Positions 19,608 to 29,307 of a DNA stretch of 64,000 nucleotides are shown piece after piece. This DNA is from an uncultured Alphaproteobacteria bacterium (lineage in GTDB: Bacteria > Pseudomonadota > Alphaproteobacteria > JAPOUT01 > G958296285), in contig OY282459.1 of the NCBI GenBank assembly GCA_958296285.1, positions 258,367 through 322,366 of the forward strand, in the 5' to 3' direction. Positions within the stretch are counted from its first letter, which is position 1. Each line of letters opens with the position of its first letter. The position numbers and the translations under genes were made by a program. The notes beneath the pieces are model-generated. The model searched no databases, had not been told where the DNA came from, and saw only the letters and a list, made by a program, of their open reading frames with translations.

Positions 19608-19885
19608 GCGGGCGAAGCCCGCTATAGTCGGCGGGCGTGGCGAAACGAAGCGGGCGAAGCCGCAGGCAAGCCCGCGAGAAAGCCCGCCGACCCCCCTGCT
19701 TACAAGAGCTCTTGCGAGCAGGGGCGGTTGGGGGGTGGGTCGCTTTTCCTCGCTGCGCTACGCCACGAGTGGCTACGCTTGCTCGGAAAAGCTTTTTTCC
19801 CACCCCACCCCCCAACCGTTTCGGGGGGGATTCCCCCCGATCCCCCCTTCTTTCTTGGGGGGCAAGCCCCCCCAAACCCCCCTTA
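19566..19885. repeat. palindromic G6/C6-run repeat element, copy 2 (forward)
   Basis: Same family as copy 1, with the ACCAAGCGGGCGAAGCCCGCT module variant at the left. Intergenic between the desaturase and pyrD. Confidence 0.85.
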
Positions 19886-19923
19886 ACGAAAGCAGCCTAA
19901 TCTGCTAACCCTCCCAAGATAAA

Positions 19924-21123
19924 ATGAACCCTCTCCTCATACATTGCGGCTTCCGCCTCCTCTCGCCAGCGCTCTCGCGCATGAACCCCGAAACCGCCCA
20001 TAAACTCACAATCCAAATCCTAAAACGCCTCCCCCAAAAGACGCCCCAAAACCAAAACCCCTTGAGCCAAAAACTCCTCAATCTGACCTTCCCAAACCCT
20101 CTCGGCATCGCCGCAGGCTTTGACAAAAACGCCGAAACGCTCAACGGAATCTTCCAACTCAACTTCGGCTTCGCCGAAATCGGAACCATCACCCCTAAAC
20201 CCCAAATGGGCAACCCACGCCCCCGAATCTTCCGCCTCCCAAAACATCAAGCCGTCATCAACCGCATGGGCTTCCCCAATGACGGAATGGAAAAAATCCG
20301 CGAGCGCCTCGTCAAAACACAACCCCCCCAATCCATCATCGGCGTCAATATCGGCGCGAATGCCGAAAGCGCCAACATGGAAGACAAAATCGCCGACTAC
20401 GAAAAAACGCTCCACGCCTTCGCCAATCACGCATCCTATATCGCCGTCAATGTCTCCTCGCCCAACACCAAAGGACTGCGAAATCTCCAACGCCCCGACA
20501 ATCTCGCCAAACTCCTCAATCGCCTCAACGCGATACGCCAAAGCCGCGTCCCTCTCCTCCTCAAAATCTCCCCCGATCTGAGCGATCAAGAACTTCAAGA
20601 AATCGCCCGCCTCGCCCTAGAAAAAAAACTGGACGGCATCATCGCCACAAACACGACAATAAAACGCGAAGGACTCGTGGATGGAATCCACGCCGAAGAA
20701 ACGGGCGGACTTTCGGGAAAACCCCTCGCCTCCCTCGCCAATCAGACAATCCGAAAATTTTACCAAATGACCAACGGCGCGATTCCCATCATCGGAGTCG
20801 GCGGAATCGCCTCGGCGGAAGAGGCTTACGAAAAAATCCGCGCCGGCGCGTCTCTTCTCCAAATCTACACCGCGCTCGTCTATGATGGGCCTAGAATCGT
20901 CTCCGCCATCCTTGACGGGCTGGAGGCGCTTCTCAAAAAAGACGGCTATCGCCATATCAGCGAAGCCATCGGCGCGGATCATCGCCCAAAAGGAGAAAAA
21001 GAGAGACGCCGTCATGCAGCCCGCCATCTGCCACAACCCAATATGGCGAGAAAGCCGTCTTGGCGCGCCCGCCGGATCGCGCCCTTTCCATTCTCTCCGC
21101 ATCAGCTTAAAATATTAAAATAA
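19924..21123 (+). CDS. pyrD: dihydroorotate dehydrogenase (quinone), class 2
   Basis: Class-2 DHODH N-terminus (ETAHKLTIQILKRL) and FMN/substrate motifs (GFAEIGTITPKPQMGNPRPRIF..NRMGFPNDG..). Has a ~40-aa basic C-terminal extension beyond the usual end. Confidence 0.9.
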   Translation: MNPLLIHCGFRLLSPALSRMNPETAHKLTIQILKRLPQKTPQNQNPLSQKLLNLTFPNPLGIAAGFDKNAETLNGIFQLNFGFAEIGTITPKPQMGNPRPRIFRLPKHQAVINRMGFPNDGMEKIRERLVKTQPPQSIIGVNIGANAESANMEDKIADYEKTLHAFANHASYIAVNVSSPNTKGLRNLQRPDNLAKLLNRLNAIRQSRVPLLLKISPDLSDQELQEIARLALEKKLDGIIATNTTIKREGLVDGIHAEETGGLSGKPLASLANQTIRKFYQMTNGAIPIIGVGGIASAEEAYEKIRAGASLLQIYTALVYDGPRIVSAILDGLEALLKKDGYRHISEAIGADHRPKGEKERRRHAARHLPQPNMARKPSWRARRIAPFPFSPHQLKILK

Positions 21124-21150
21124 GCTCTGTCTAAAAAGGGGAGGCTCGCT

Positions 21151-22179
21151 ATGTCGTTTCAGAGATTGATGCTCAAATCCTTATTGAGTCTGCCTGATCC
21201 TCTTCTCATTCGGATGTCGGGCGGTCGGCCTCTTGAGATTGACGGACGGCGTTTGGATGCGAAAGCGCAGTTTCTCGCGGCGCAGGCGGCGAACGCGCCG
21301 GCTCTGCACAGTCTCACCCCTCTTGAGGCGCGTCAGGCGACAAGCCTCGCCTTCGCGCTTCTGAACGCGCCGCGCCCAAGCGGCGTGGAGACGCGGGACG
21401 ATAAGATTCCGGGGCCCGGCGGCGATCTTCCTGTCCGCCATTATCGTCCGAAGGGCGCGTCTGGCGCTCTTCCCGCCCTTGTTTATTTTCATATGGGCGG
21501 ATGGGTGATTGGCGATTTGGACAGTTCGGATTCTTTCTGCGCGCTTTTGGCGAAGCGCGGCGGGGCGCATGTGATGTCGGTGGATTATCGTCTCGCGCCC
21601 GAGCATAAATTTCCTGCCGCGATGGAAGATGGAATCGCCGCCTATAAATGGATCGCGCGGAACGCCGCTTCTCTGAAGGTTGACGGCGATCGCGTGGCGG
21701 TTGGCGGCGATTCGGCGGGCGGCGGCATCAGCGCGGTCATTTGTCATGAGGCGAAGAGTCGCGGATATCGGCAGCCCAAGGCGCAGATGTTGATTTATCC
21801 TGCTGTGGATTTGGCGGCTGTCGGCGGCTCTATGGAGAGTTGCAGAGATTGTTATCCTCTGACGAGGGATTTGATGCTTTGGTTTGGCGGGCATTTTTTA
21901 GAGCGGGAGGAGAGTCGCGTGGATGTGATGGCGTCGCCGTTGCGCCGCGAGGATTTTAGCGAGTTGGCGCCGGCGCTTCTCATCACGGCGGGGTTTGATG
22001 TTTTGCGTTCGCAGGGTGAGGCTTATGCGGAGAAGATGCGGGAGGCGGGTGTTTCGGTTCGGTATCGTTGTTATGATTCTCTTGTTCATGGTTTCACGGC
22101 GCAGGCGGGGGTAGTGTCTGCGGCTGAGGCGGCGTGTGAAGGGATTGCGCGGGATTTTGGGAAGATTCTTTCTGAGTAG
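21151..22179 (+). CDS. alpha/beta hydrolase (esterase/lipase, HSL-like)
   Basis: HGGG-type oxyanion motif (HMGGWVIGD) and nucleophile elbow GDSAGGG. Confidence 0.8.
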   Translation: MSFQRLMLKSLLSLPDPLLIRMSGGRPLEIDGRRLDAKAQFLAAQAANAPALHSLTPLEARQATSLAFALLNAPRPSGVETRDDKIPGPGGDLPVRHYRPKGASGALPALVYFHMGGWVIGDLDSSDSFCALLAKRGGAHVMSVDYRLAPEHKFPAAMEDGIAAYKWIARNAASLKVDGDRVAVGGDSAGGGISAVICHEAKSRGYRQPKAQMLIYPAVDLAAVGGSMESCRDCYPLTRDLMLWFGGHFLEREESRVDVMASPLRREDFSELAPALLITAGFDVLRSQGEAYAEKMREAGVSVRYRCYDSLVHGFTAQAGVVSAAEAACEGIARDFGKILSE

Positions 22180-22189
22180 GAGTTTTGCG

Positions 22190-22595
22190 GAAAAGGGGGG
22201 GCGGCGAGCCGCCGCGGGCATCTTTTTCATAGACAGGCATTTTGGATTTGCCCCAGGGGAACTAGTGCATAGAAGCTGAAGGTGAAGGGGGGTCAAGGGG
22301 GGCTTGCCCCCCTTGAGAAAAGGAGGCTCGGGGGAAACCCCCGAATAGTCGGCGGGCGTGGCGAAACGAAGCGAGCGCTAGCGAGCGAGAAAGCCCGCCG
22401 ACCCCCCTGCATCGCGTGAGCTCTTGCGAGCGGGGGGCGCGTGGGTGGGTCGCATTTGCTCGCTCACGCTTCGCTCCGCTCGCAAATGCTTTTTTCCCAC
22501 CCACCCACGCGTTTCGGGGGGGATTCCCCCCCGACCCCCCCCCCTTCTTCGCGGGGGGCTTCGCCCCCCACACCCCCCGTCAGGGAGCTCCCCTG
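22190..22595. repeat. palindromic repeat element, copy 3 (forward; extended variant with ~90-bp 5' module)
   Basis: Core as copy 1. The extra left module GGCGGCGAGCCGCCGCGGGCATCTTTTTCATAGACAGGCATTTTGGATTTGCCCCAGGGGAACTAGTGCATAGAAGCTGAAGG is also present (inverted) at the right end of copy 7. Confidence 0.85.
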
Positions 22596-22622
22596 TTTTT
22601 TGGAGATCCTCTATAATAAACC

Positions 22623-23369
22623 ATGACCCTCGCCCAAATCTTCCAAACAGCCCGAGACTGGATCCTCCCCCCTCATTGCCTCATCTGCGACACAACCATC
22701 CTCACCAACGGATGCCTCTGCGCGCCATGCTGGAAATCTATCCGCTTCATTGACAAACCCCGATGCCCCATCACAGGCGTCCCCTTCGCCCACCCCTGGC
22801 CCGCCCATATGCAAAGCGCCCAAAGCCGCCTCGTCAAACCGCCCTACGATTACGCCCGCGCCGCCATGCTCTACGGATCCGAAAAAAGCCGAATCCTCAT
22901 CGCCCAAATGAAATTCCGCGACCACCCCGAAATCGCCATCCCCGCCGCCCAATGGATCGCGCGCGCCAGCCGCGACATCCTCAACAAAGCCGACCTGCTC
23001 GCCCCCGTCCCCCTCCACCGCCGCCGACTCTTCCAAAGACGCTTCAACCAATCCGCCGAAATCGCCCGCGCTCTTTCCCAAATCAGCCAAATCCCGCATC
23101 TCCCCGACCTCCTGATCCGCGCCCGCCACACCCAGCAGCAGACGGGGCTGAAGCGCCGCGATAGAGAACGCAATGTCGCGCGCGCTTTCATTATCAATCC
23201 CCATCACAAGAAGCGCGTCAAAGGGCGGAGCGTTCTTATCATTGACGATGTGATGACGTCGGGCGCGACAAGCGGCGAATGCGCTCAGACTTTGCGCCGC
23301 GCCGGCGCGGGCGCGATTGGGGTTTTGACTGTGGCGCGGGTTGTTCATCCCCATGAGACGCATCCTTGA
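22623..23369 (+). CDS. comF: ComF-family phosphoribosyltransferase-domain protein
   Basis: N-terminal double Cys pairs (CLICDT...CAPCW). C-terminal PRTase motif VLIIDDVMTSGAT. Confidence 0.8.
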   Translation: MTLAQIFQTARDWILPPHCLICDTTILTNGCLCAPCWKSIRFIDKPRCPITGVPFAHPWPAHMQSAQSRLVKPPYDYARAAMLYGSEKSRILIAQMKFRDHPEIAIPAAQWIARASRDILNKADLLAPVPLHRRRLFQRRFNQSAEIARALSQISQIPHLPDLLIRARHTQQQTGLKRRDRERNVARAFIINPHHKKRVKGRSVLIIDDVMTSGATSGECAQTLRRAGAGAIGVLTVARVVHPHETHP

Positions 23370-23370
23370 G

Positions 23371-23705
23371 CGCATAGAAGCTGAAGGTTAAGGGGGGTTT
23401 GGGGGGCTAGCCCCCCAAAAAAAAACCAAGCGGGCGCAAGCCCGCTATAGTCGGCGGGCGTGGCGAAACGAAGCGGGCGAAGCCGCAGGCAAGCCCGCGA
23501 GAAAGCCCGCCGACCCCCCTTGCAACGCGAGAGCTCTTGGCGTTCAGGGGGCGCGTGGGTGGGTCGCATTTGCTCGTTTCGCGTTGCTTCACTCGCAAAT
23601 GCTTTTTTCCCACCCACCCACGCGCTTTCGGGGGGATTCCCCCCGACCCCCCCCTTTTCTCAAGGGGGGCAAGCCCCCCTTGACCCCCCGTCAGGGAGCT
23701 CCCCT
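23371..23705. repeat. palindromic repeat element, copy 4 (forward)
   Basis: Same family. Starts with GCATAGAAGCTGAAGGTTAAGGGGGG as copy 3. Confidence 0.85.
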
Positions 23706-24485
23706 GTCTTTTGGAGCTTCAAAAAGCCCCTTCCGCGCCGCCATCATATAATTCACATCCATATCCCCAGTCAGACGAAAAAAAGAAAAAAAAGGCACAT
23801 ACATAACACCCGTCTCATCACTCGCCTCCAACCCCCCGCCACGAAAAGCGCGGCGAAGCTCGTCAGGCGTGATGAAACCCTCATAACGATGCGTGCCGCG
23901 AGGAAGCCAGCCCAAAACATACTCCAAGCCAAGAATCGCGAAAAGAAAAGATTTCGGCGTCCTGTTAATCGTCGCCGCGATAAGAAGCCCCGAAGGCGAA
24001 AGCATCGCGCCAAGACGCTTGACCGTCCCCGCCACGTCCGGAAGATGCTCCAAAATCTCCATGATCAAAATCACGTCATAAGAACGCGCCGCCGACCCCT
24101 TCCCCTTCGCCGCCCTCTCCCGATAAAGCGTCTCGTCCGTGCCGACTCGGTAATCTATCTTTAAGCCCTGAGAAACAGCATGGGCTTTGGCGATCTCTAT
24201 CGTCTCTGAACTCGCGTCCAAAGCGGTGACCCTAGCGCCCATCCGCGCCAACGGCTCGCTCAAAAGACCGCCGCCGCAGCCCATATCCAAAAAACGAAGC
24301 GAAGCGAAAGACTGCCCGCGCCCTCCCAAGCCAAAATGCGCCGCGACAAGCCTCTCAATATAAGAAAGGCGAAGCGGATTAAGCCGATGGAGCATCGCGA
24401 AAGGCCCCTCCCTGTCCCACCATCTCTGGGCAAGAGCGGAGAAATGCGCGATCTCTTCTTCTTCTCTGGCGGTCGGCGGATTCAT
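23691..24485 (-). CDS. ubiG: bifunctional 3-demethylubiquinol 3-O-methyltransferase / 2-polyprenyl-6-hydroxyphenol methylase
   Basis: Class I SAM-MTase motif LDMGCGGGLLSEPLARMGARVTALDAS and UbiG-like flanking sequence. The start is most likely MNPPTA (24485). Divergent from lysC as in many alphaproteobacteria. Confidence 0.8.
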   Translation of the reverse strand: MNPPTAREEEEIAHFSALAQRWWDREGPFAMLHRLNPLRLSYIERLVAAHFGLGGRGQSFASLRFLDMGCGGGLLSEPLARMGARVTALDASSETIEIAKAHAVSQGLKIDYRVGTDETLYRERAAKGKGSAARSYDVILIMEILEHLPDVAGTVKRLGAMLSPSGLLIAATINRTPKSFLFAILGLEYVLGWLPRGTHRYEGFITPDELRRAFRGGGLEASDETGVMYVPFFSFFRLTGDMDVNYMMAARKGLFEAPKDRGAP

Positions 24486-24568
24486 GATTCTTGAACCAAG
24501 TCTATCGCGCCGCGCCCCCTTTGAGAAGAGCTCTGCGCCGCCGCCCGTCTGATGATACACTCCGCGCC

Positions 24569-25834
24569 ATGTCCGCTCTGGTGATGAAATTCGGCGGAAC
24601 CTCCCTCGCCGATGAAACGCGCCTTCGCCGCGCGGCGCGTCATGCCGCGCGGGAGGCGAAAAACCATAAGAGACTGGCCGTCATCGTCTCGGCGCAGGGC
24701 GGCGAGACCGACTCGCTTCTCAACCGCGCCAAAATCATGAGCGGCGCGATAGACTCCTCCGAAACCGATGCTGTCCTCGCCGCCGGCGAGCAGATCAGCG
24801 CCGCTCTTTTCGCTTTGGCGCTCCAAGAGATTGGCGTCAAGGCGCGATCATGGCAGAGCTGGCAGATTCCGATCCGCGCGGCAGGCTCCCACGGAAGCGC
24901 GCGCCTCGCCTCCATCAAAACCGAAGCGCTGACGCGCGCGCTCAATCAGGGCGAAACCGCCGTCATTTGCGGCTTTCAAGCCGTCACGGCGGATGAGCGA
25001 ATCGCCACTCTCGGGCGCGGCGGCTCAGACACCAGCGCTGTCGCGCTCGCCGCCGCCCTCCAAGCGAAGCGCTGCGACATCTACACCGACGTTGACGGCG
25101 TTTTCACCGCCGATCCGCGCATTGTCAAAAAAGCGCATCGGCTTGGCAGAATCGCCTATGAGGAAATGCTGGAAATGGCGTCTTTGGGCGCAAGGGTCTT
25201 GGAGACGCGGGCGGTCGCGCTCGCTATGATGGAGAATGTCGCGCTCTGGGTGCGCTCGGCTTTTGACGACTGGACGCTCTCGCCGAAGCCCGGCGAGCGC
25301 GGCACATGGATCGGCGGCGAGGAGGAGATTGTGGAGAAGGAAAAGATTCGCGGCATCAGCTGCGCCGAAAAAGAAGCCAAAATCACGCTGACCCGTCTCC
25401 AAGACAAGCCCGGAGTCGCGGCTGCCGTCTTCGCGCCTTTGGCGAAGGCCGGCGTCATCGTGGATATGATCGCGCAGAGCGCGGCGGCGGGGAAAGCGGC
25501 GGCAGGGGCGGGCGCGATAGGCGCGACAGACCTCACCTTCACCGTCGCCCGCCAAGATTTGGCGCGCGCCAAACGCTGTCTGGAAGAGGCGCGCGCGCAG
25601 ATAGGCTATGAAGGCTTGTTCTGCGAAGAGAGCGCCGCCAAACTGTCGGTGGTCGGCATCGCGATGCGAAGCCAAGCCGGCGTGGCGAGCGTCATGTTCC
25701 GCGCTTTGGCGGAAGCGAAGATCAACATCCACGCCATTTCCACATCCGAGATTAAAATCTCCATCCTGATAGAGAGCCGCCACGCCAAAAAGGCGCTCCG
25801 AATCCTCCATCAGCTCTACGGGCTGGACGGATAG
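24569..25834 (+). CDS. lysC: aspartate kinase
   Basis: N-terminus MSALVMKFGGTSLADE (aspartokinase signature KFGGTS). C-terminal ACT domains. The upstream in-frame Met at 24491 would leave no promoter room against ubiG. Confidence 0.9.
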   Translation: MSALVMKFGGTSLADETRLRRAARHAAREAKNHKRLAVIVSAQGGETDSLLNRAKIMSGAIDSSETDAVLAAGEQISAALFALALQEIGVKARSWQSWQIPIRAAGSHGSARLASIKTEALTRALNQGETAVICGFQAVTADERIATLGRGGSDTSAVALAAALQAKRCDIYTDVDGVFTADPRIVKKAHRLGRIAYEEMLEMASLGARVLETRAVALAMMENVALWVRSAFDDWTLSPKPGERGTWIGGEEEIVEKEKIRGISCAEKEAKITLTRLQDKPGVAAAVFAPLAKAGVIVDMIAQSAAAGKAAAGAGAIGATDLTFTVARQDLARAKRCLEEARAQIGYEGLFCEESAAKLSVVGIAMRSQAGVASVMFRALAEAKINIHAISTSEIKISILIESRHAKKALRILHQLYGLDG

Positions 25835-25852
25835 CCCGCCCTTGCGCCCCCG

Positions 25853-28120
25853 ATGGAGTCCCAAGACAGAGGCACGCGCTTTTTTCTGAAACGCCTGCGC
25901 GAGACCATGGCGCTGGCGCTCAAAGAAGAGAGCCGATTGGCGAAGATTGTCGCCCTCATTTCCGGACATATGGTCGCCGAAGTCTGCTCTATCTATCTGC
26001 GCCGCCCGGGGGGCGAGATGGAACTCTACGCCACCGAAGGCTTGAATCCGAAAGCGGTCGGGCGGACAGTGCTGGCGGCGGGCGAAGGTCTCATCGGCGC
26101 GATCGCCCGCCACGCGCAGCCTCTCATTCTGCAGGACGCGCAGAACCATCCCGCCTTCTCCTATCGTCCTGAAACGGGCGAGGAGATTTACAAATCCTTC
26201 CTCGGCGTTCCGATCATCCGCATGGGGCATGTGCTGGGCGTGCTGTCGGTGCAGAATCGCCGCCGCCGCGCCTACAGCGAAGACAATGTGGAACTGATGG
26301 AGACCGCCGCCATGCTGATGGCCGAATTGCTGGCGGGGCGCGCTTTTCACTCGCGCGCGGCGCGGGCCGCGCCGAATGAAGCCCTTCATCTCAAAGGCGC
26401 GTCTTTGGCGCGGGGCTTGGCGATGGGCGAGATCGTCCTCCATCAGCCGCGCATCCATATTGAGACGCTCCTCGCCGAAGATTCAGACCGCGAGCATGAG
26501 CGTCTGGACGCCGCTCTTTATGATCTCCGCGCCGAGCTGGACGAAATGCGGAGCGCGCCCAGCCTCGCCGAGGGCGGCGAAGAGCGGCAGATTCTAGAAG
26601 CCCACCGAATCTTCGCCGATGATCGCAGCTGGCAAGCCCGCCTCCATGAAGCGATAGAGACGGGCTTGAGCGCCGAAGCCTCTGTTGAGCGCGTCCAAGA
26701 GAATATCCGCGCCCGCTTCCTGCATCAAAGCAACCCCTATCTGAAAGAAAGGCTTCACGATTTGGACGATCTCGCCAACCGCCTGCTGCGCCATCTGACA
26801 GGCGGGGGCATGAAGCCCGAATCTCTTCCGGAAGAGGCTATTCTGGTGGCGCGCAATATGGGGCCTGCCGAACTGCTGGACTATGACAAAGATCGTCTGC
26901 GCGGCATCGCGCTGGAGGAAGGCTCGGCGCTCGCCCATGCCACCATTGTCGCGCGATCTTTGGGGATTCCGCTCATCGGACGGCTTCCCGATCTCTTGAC
27001 GATCGCGGCGGCCGGGAGCGCCGCCATTTTGGACGGCGACACCGGCGCGCTTTATCTCAATCCCGACCGCCATCTGCGGGCGGCTTACCGCGAGAAAAGA
27101 AAGATTCGCGCGCGCCGCCTCAAAGCCTATCGCGCGCGCGCCCGCCGCGCCTCGCGGACAAAAGACGGCGCGGAGATAGCCCTTCTGATGAATGTCGGTC
27201 TTTTGATGGATCTGCCGCAGCTGGAGGAAACGGGCGCGGAAGGGATCGGACTTGTCCGCACGGAGCTGCAGTTCATGATTCACGCCGCCATGCCGCGCCT
27301 CTCGGCGCAGGTGGCGCTTTATCGTCAGATTTTGGCGGCGGCGGGCGAGAATCCGGTCGCCTTCCGCACGCTGGACATTGGCGGCGACAAGATTCTCCCC
27401 TATATGCGAAATCTGGGAATCCGAAGGCAGAGAGGAGAAAACCCGGCTTTGGGCTGGCGGGCGATCCGAATCGCGCTGGACAAGCCCGTTCTCCTCCGAT
27501 ACCAGCTGCGCGCGCTTCTTCAGGCGGCGGCGGGGAAGGCGCTTCATATTCTTTTTCCGATGATCGCCACTGTGGAGGAATATCATCAGGCGCGGGCGCT
27601 TCTGCGGAAGGAGGAAACGCATGCCGAGCGGCATGGTTTGGCGCGTCCGCGCTCGGTCTCGGTGGGCGCGATGCTGGAAGTCCCGTCTCTCATCTGGCAG
27701 TTGGAGGCGCTTTTGCCCGAGAGCGATTTTCTCGCCATTGGCACGAACGATCTTTTGCAGTTTTTCTTCGCCAGCGACAGAGGCGATCCGCATGTCGGCG
27801 AGCGCTATGATCCTCTGAATAGAGGTTTTTTGGCGGCGCTCCGCCATATTCATCGCAAGGCGGAGGCGGCCGGCGTGCCGGCGACCGTCTGCGGCGAGAT
27901 GGCGGCGAATCCCCTTCACGCGCTGGCGCTCATCGGCATCGGCTTTCGGAAAATCACGCTGGCGCCAAGCGCCATCGGTCCTGTCAAAGAGGCGATCGGG
28001 CTCTTGGATCTGCGCGCTCTTCAAGAAGAGATGCCGAAAATCTTTGACGATCCCGCGTCAAGCCCTCGTGAAATCCTTGAAGATTTCGCCAAGAAGCATA
28101 AGATTCCGACAGTCTCTTAA
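25853..28120 (+). CDS. ptsP: phosphoenolpyruvate-protein phosphotransferase of the nitrogen PTS (EI-Ntr; GAF + EI domains)
   Basis: N-terminal GAF domain. PEP-utilizing enzyme mobile-domain His region and C-terminal PEP-binding TIM barrel (GTNDLLQF). Confidence 0.9.
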   Translation: MESQDRGTRFFLKRLRETMALALKEESRLAKIVALISGHMVAEVCSIYLRRPGGEMELYATEGLNPKAVGRTVLAAGEGLIGAIARHAQPLILQDAQNHPAFSYRPETGEEIYKSFLGVPIIRMGHVLGVLSVQNRRRRAYSEDNVELMETAAMLMAELLAGRAFHSRAARAAPNEALHLKGASLARGLAMGEIVLHQPRIHIETLLAEDSDREHERLDAALYDLRAELDEMRSAPSLAEGGEERQILEAHRIFADDRSWQARLHEAIETGLSAEASVERVQENIRARFLHQSNPYLKERLHDLDDLANRLLRHLTGGGMKPESLPEEAILVARNMGPAELLDYDKDRLRGIALEEGSALAHATIVARSLGIPLIGRLPDLLTIAAAGSAAILDGDTGALYLNPDRHLRAAYREKRKIRARRLKAYRARARRASRTKDGAEIALLMNVGLLMDLPQLEETGAEGIGLVRTELQFMIHAAMPRLSAQVALYRQILAAAGENPVAFRTLDIGGDKILPYMRNLGIRRQRGENPALGWRAIRIALDKPVLLRYQLRALLQAAAGKALHILFPMIATVEEYHQARALLRKEETHAERHGLARPRSVSVGAMLEVPSLIWQLEALLPESDFLAIGTNDLLQFFFASDRGDPHVGERYDPLNRGFLAALRHIHRKAEAAGVPATVCGEMAANPLHALALIGIGFRKITLAPSAIGPVKEAIGLLDLRALQEEMPKIFDDPASSPREILEDFAKKHKIPTVS

Positions 28121-28136
28121 AATCTCTTGAAGAAAC

Positions 28137-29300
28137 TTGTTGGAAGCGCCGATCATGCGAAACAGAAAGACCGAAAAAACGCCGCGCTCTTGCGCGGACG
28201 CCCCCTATCGGGAAATCAAGCGCCGACAGTCGCGCAAGATTTGGGTGGGGCCGGTGGCGGTCGGCGGAGACGCGCCCATTTCGGTGCAGTCCATGACGAA
28301 CAGTCCGACTTCGGACGCCGCCGCCACGCTCAAGCAAATAGAGACTTTGGCGGAGGCCGGGGCGGATTTCGTCCGCGTCTCCTGTCCTGACGAGGATTCC
28401 ACGAAGGCTTTGCGCAAGATTGTCCGCCGGTCTCCTCTTCCGATTGTCGCCGACATTCATTTTCATCATGCCCGCGCGATAGAGGCGGCGGAAGCGGGGG
28501 CGGCGTGTTTGAGGATCAATCCCGGCAATATCGGCGCCAGAGATCGCGTCCGCGATGTCGTTCAGGCGGCGCGGGATCATGGCTGCGCGATGCGAATCGG
28601 CGTCAATGGCGGATCGCTGGAATCGTCTCTTCTTGAGAAATATGGCGAGCCTTGTCCGGAGGCGATGGCGGAGAGCGCGCTTTATCACGCCTCGTTTCTT
28701 GAGGAGGAGGATTTTCACAACTATAAGATCAGCGTCAAAGCTTCCGATGTCTTTATGACGGTCGCGGCTTACAGGCTTCTCGCCGCGAAGACGGACGCGC
28801 CGCTCCATTTGGGAATCACCGAAGCCGGAAGTCTTTGGCCGGGGACGATCAAATCGGCGATCGGCTTGGGCGCGCTTCTTTGGGAGGGGATTGGCGACAC
28901 GCTGCGCGTCTCTTTAGCCGCGCCGCCGGCTGAGGAGGTTCGCGCCGGTTTTGAGATTCTGAAATCTTTGGGTCTGCGGCAGCGGGGCGTCAAGATTATC
29001 GCCTGTCCTTCCTGCGCCAGACAGGGCTTTGACGTGATCAAGACGATCCGAATCTTGGAAGAGCGTCTGGCGCATATCAAGACGCCGATGACCCTTTCCG
29101 TCATTGGCTGCGTCGTCAATGGGCCGGGCGAGGCGCGGATGAGCGACATTGGCTTCACCGGCGGAGGCGGTCTCGCCGGGCTTCTTTACATTGGCGGCAA
29201 GCCTCATCAGAAAGTGCCGCATGACGAGATGGTGGATCGCCTTGTCGCGCTTGTGGAGGAGAAGGCGGCGGAATGTGATTCCGAGTCTCGGAAGGGCTAG
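28137..29300 (+). CDS. ispG: 4-hydroxy-3-methylbut-2-en-1-yl diphosphate synthase (flavodoxin) IspG/GcpE
   Basis: GcpE signatures [14 protein letters not shown] and three Cys ([15 protein letters not shown]) for the 4Fe-4S cluster. Confidence 0.9.
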   Translation: MLEAPIMRNRKTEKTPRSCADAPYREIKRRQSRKIWVGPVAVGGDAPISVQSMTNSPTSDAAATLKQIETLAEAGADFVRVSCPDEDSTKALRKIVRRSPLPIVADIHFHHARAIEAAEAGAACLRINPGNIGARDRVRDVVQAARDHGCAMRIGVNGGSLESSLLEKYGEPCPEAMAESALYHASFLEEEDFHNYKISVKASDVFMTVAAYRLLAAKTDAPLHLGITEAGSLWPGTIKSAIGLGALLWEGIGDTLRVSLAAPPAEEVRAGFEILKSLGLRQRGVKIIACPSCARQGFDVIKTIRILEERLAHIKTPMTLSVIGCVVNGPGEARMSDIGFTGGGGLAGLLYIGGKPHQKVPHDEMVDRLVALVEEKAAECDSESRKG

Positions 29301-29307
29301 CGTGGAG

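Noticed and set aside
24491-24568. Upstream in-frame extension of lysC (Met at 24491)
   Set aside because: It would place the start 6 nt from the divergent ubiG start codon with no room for promoters. The aspartokinase signature begins right after M24569.
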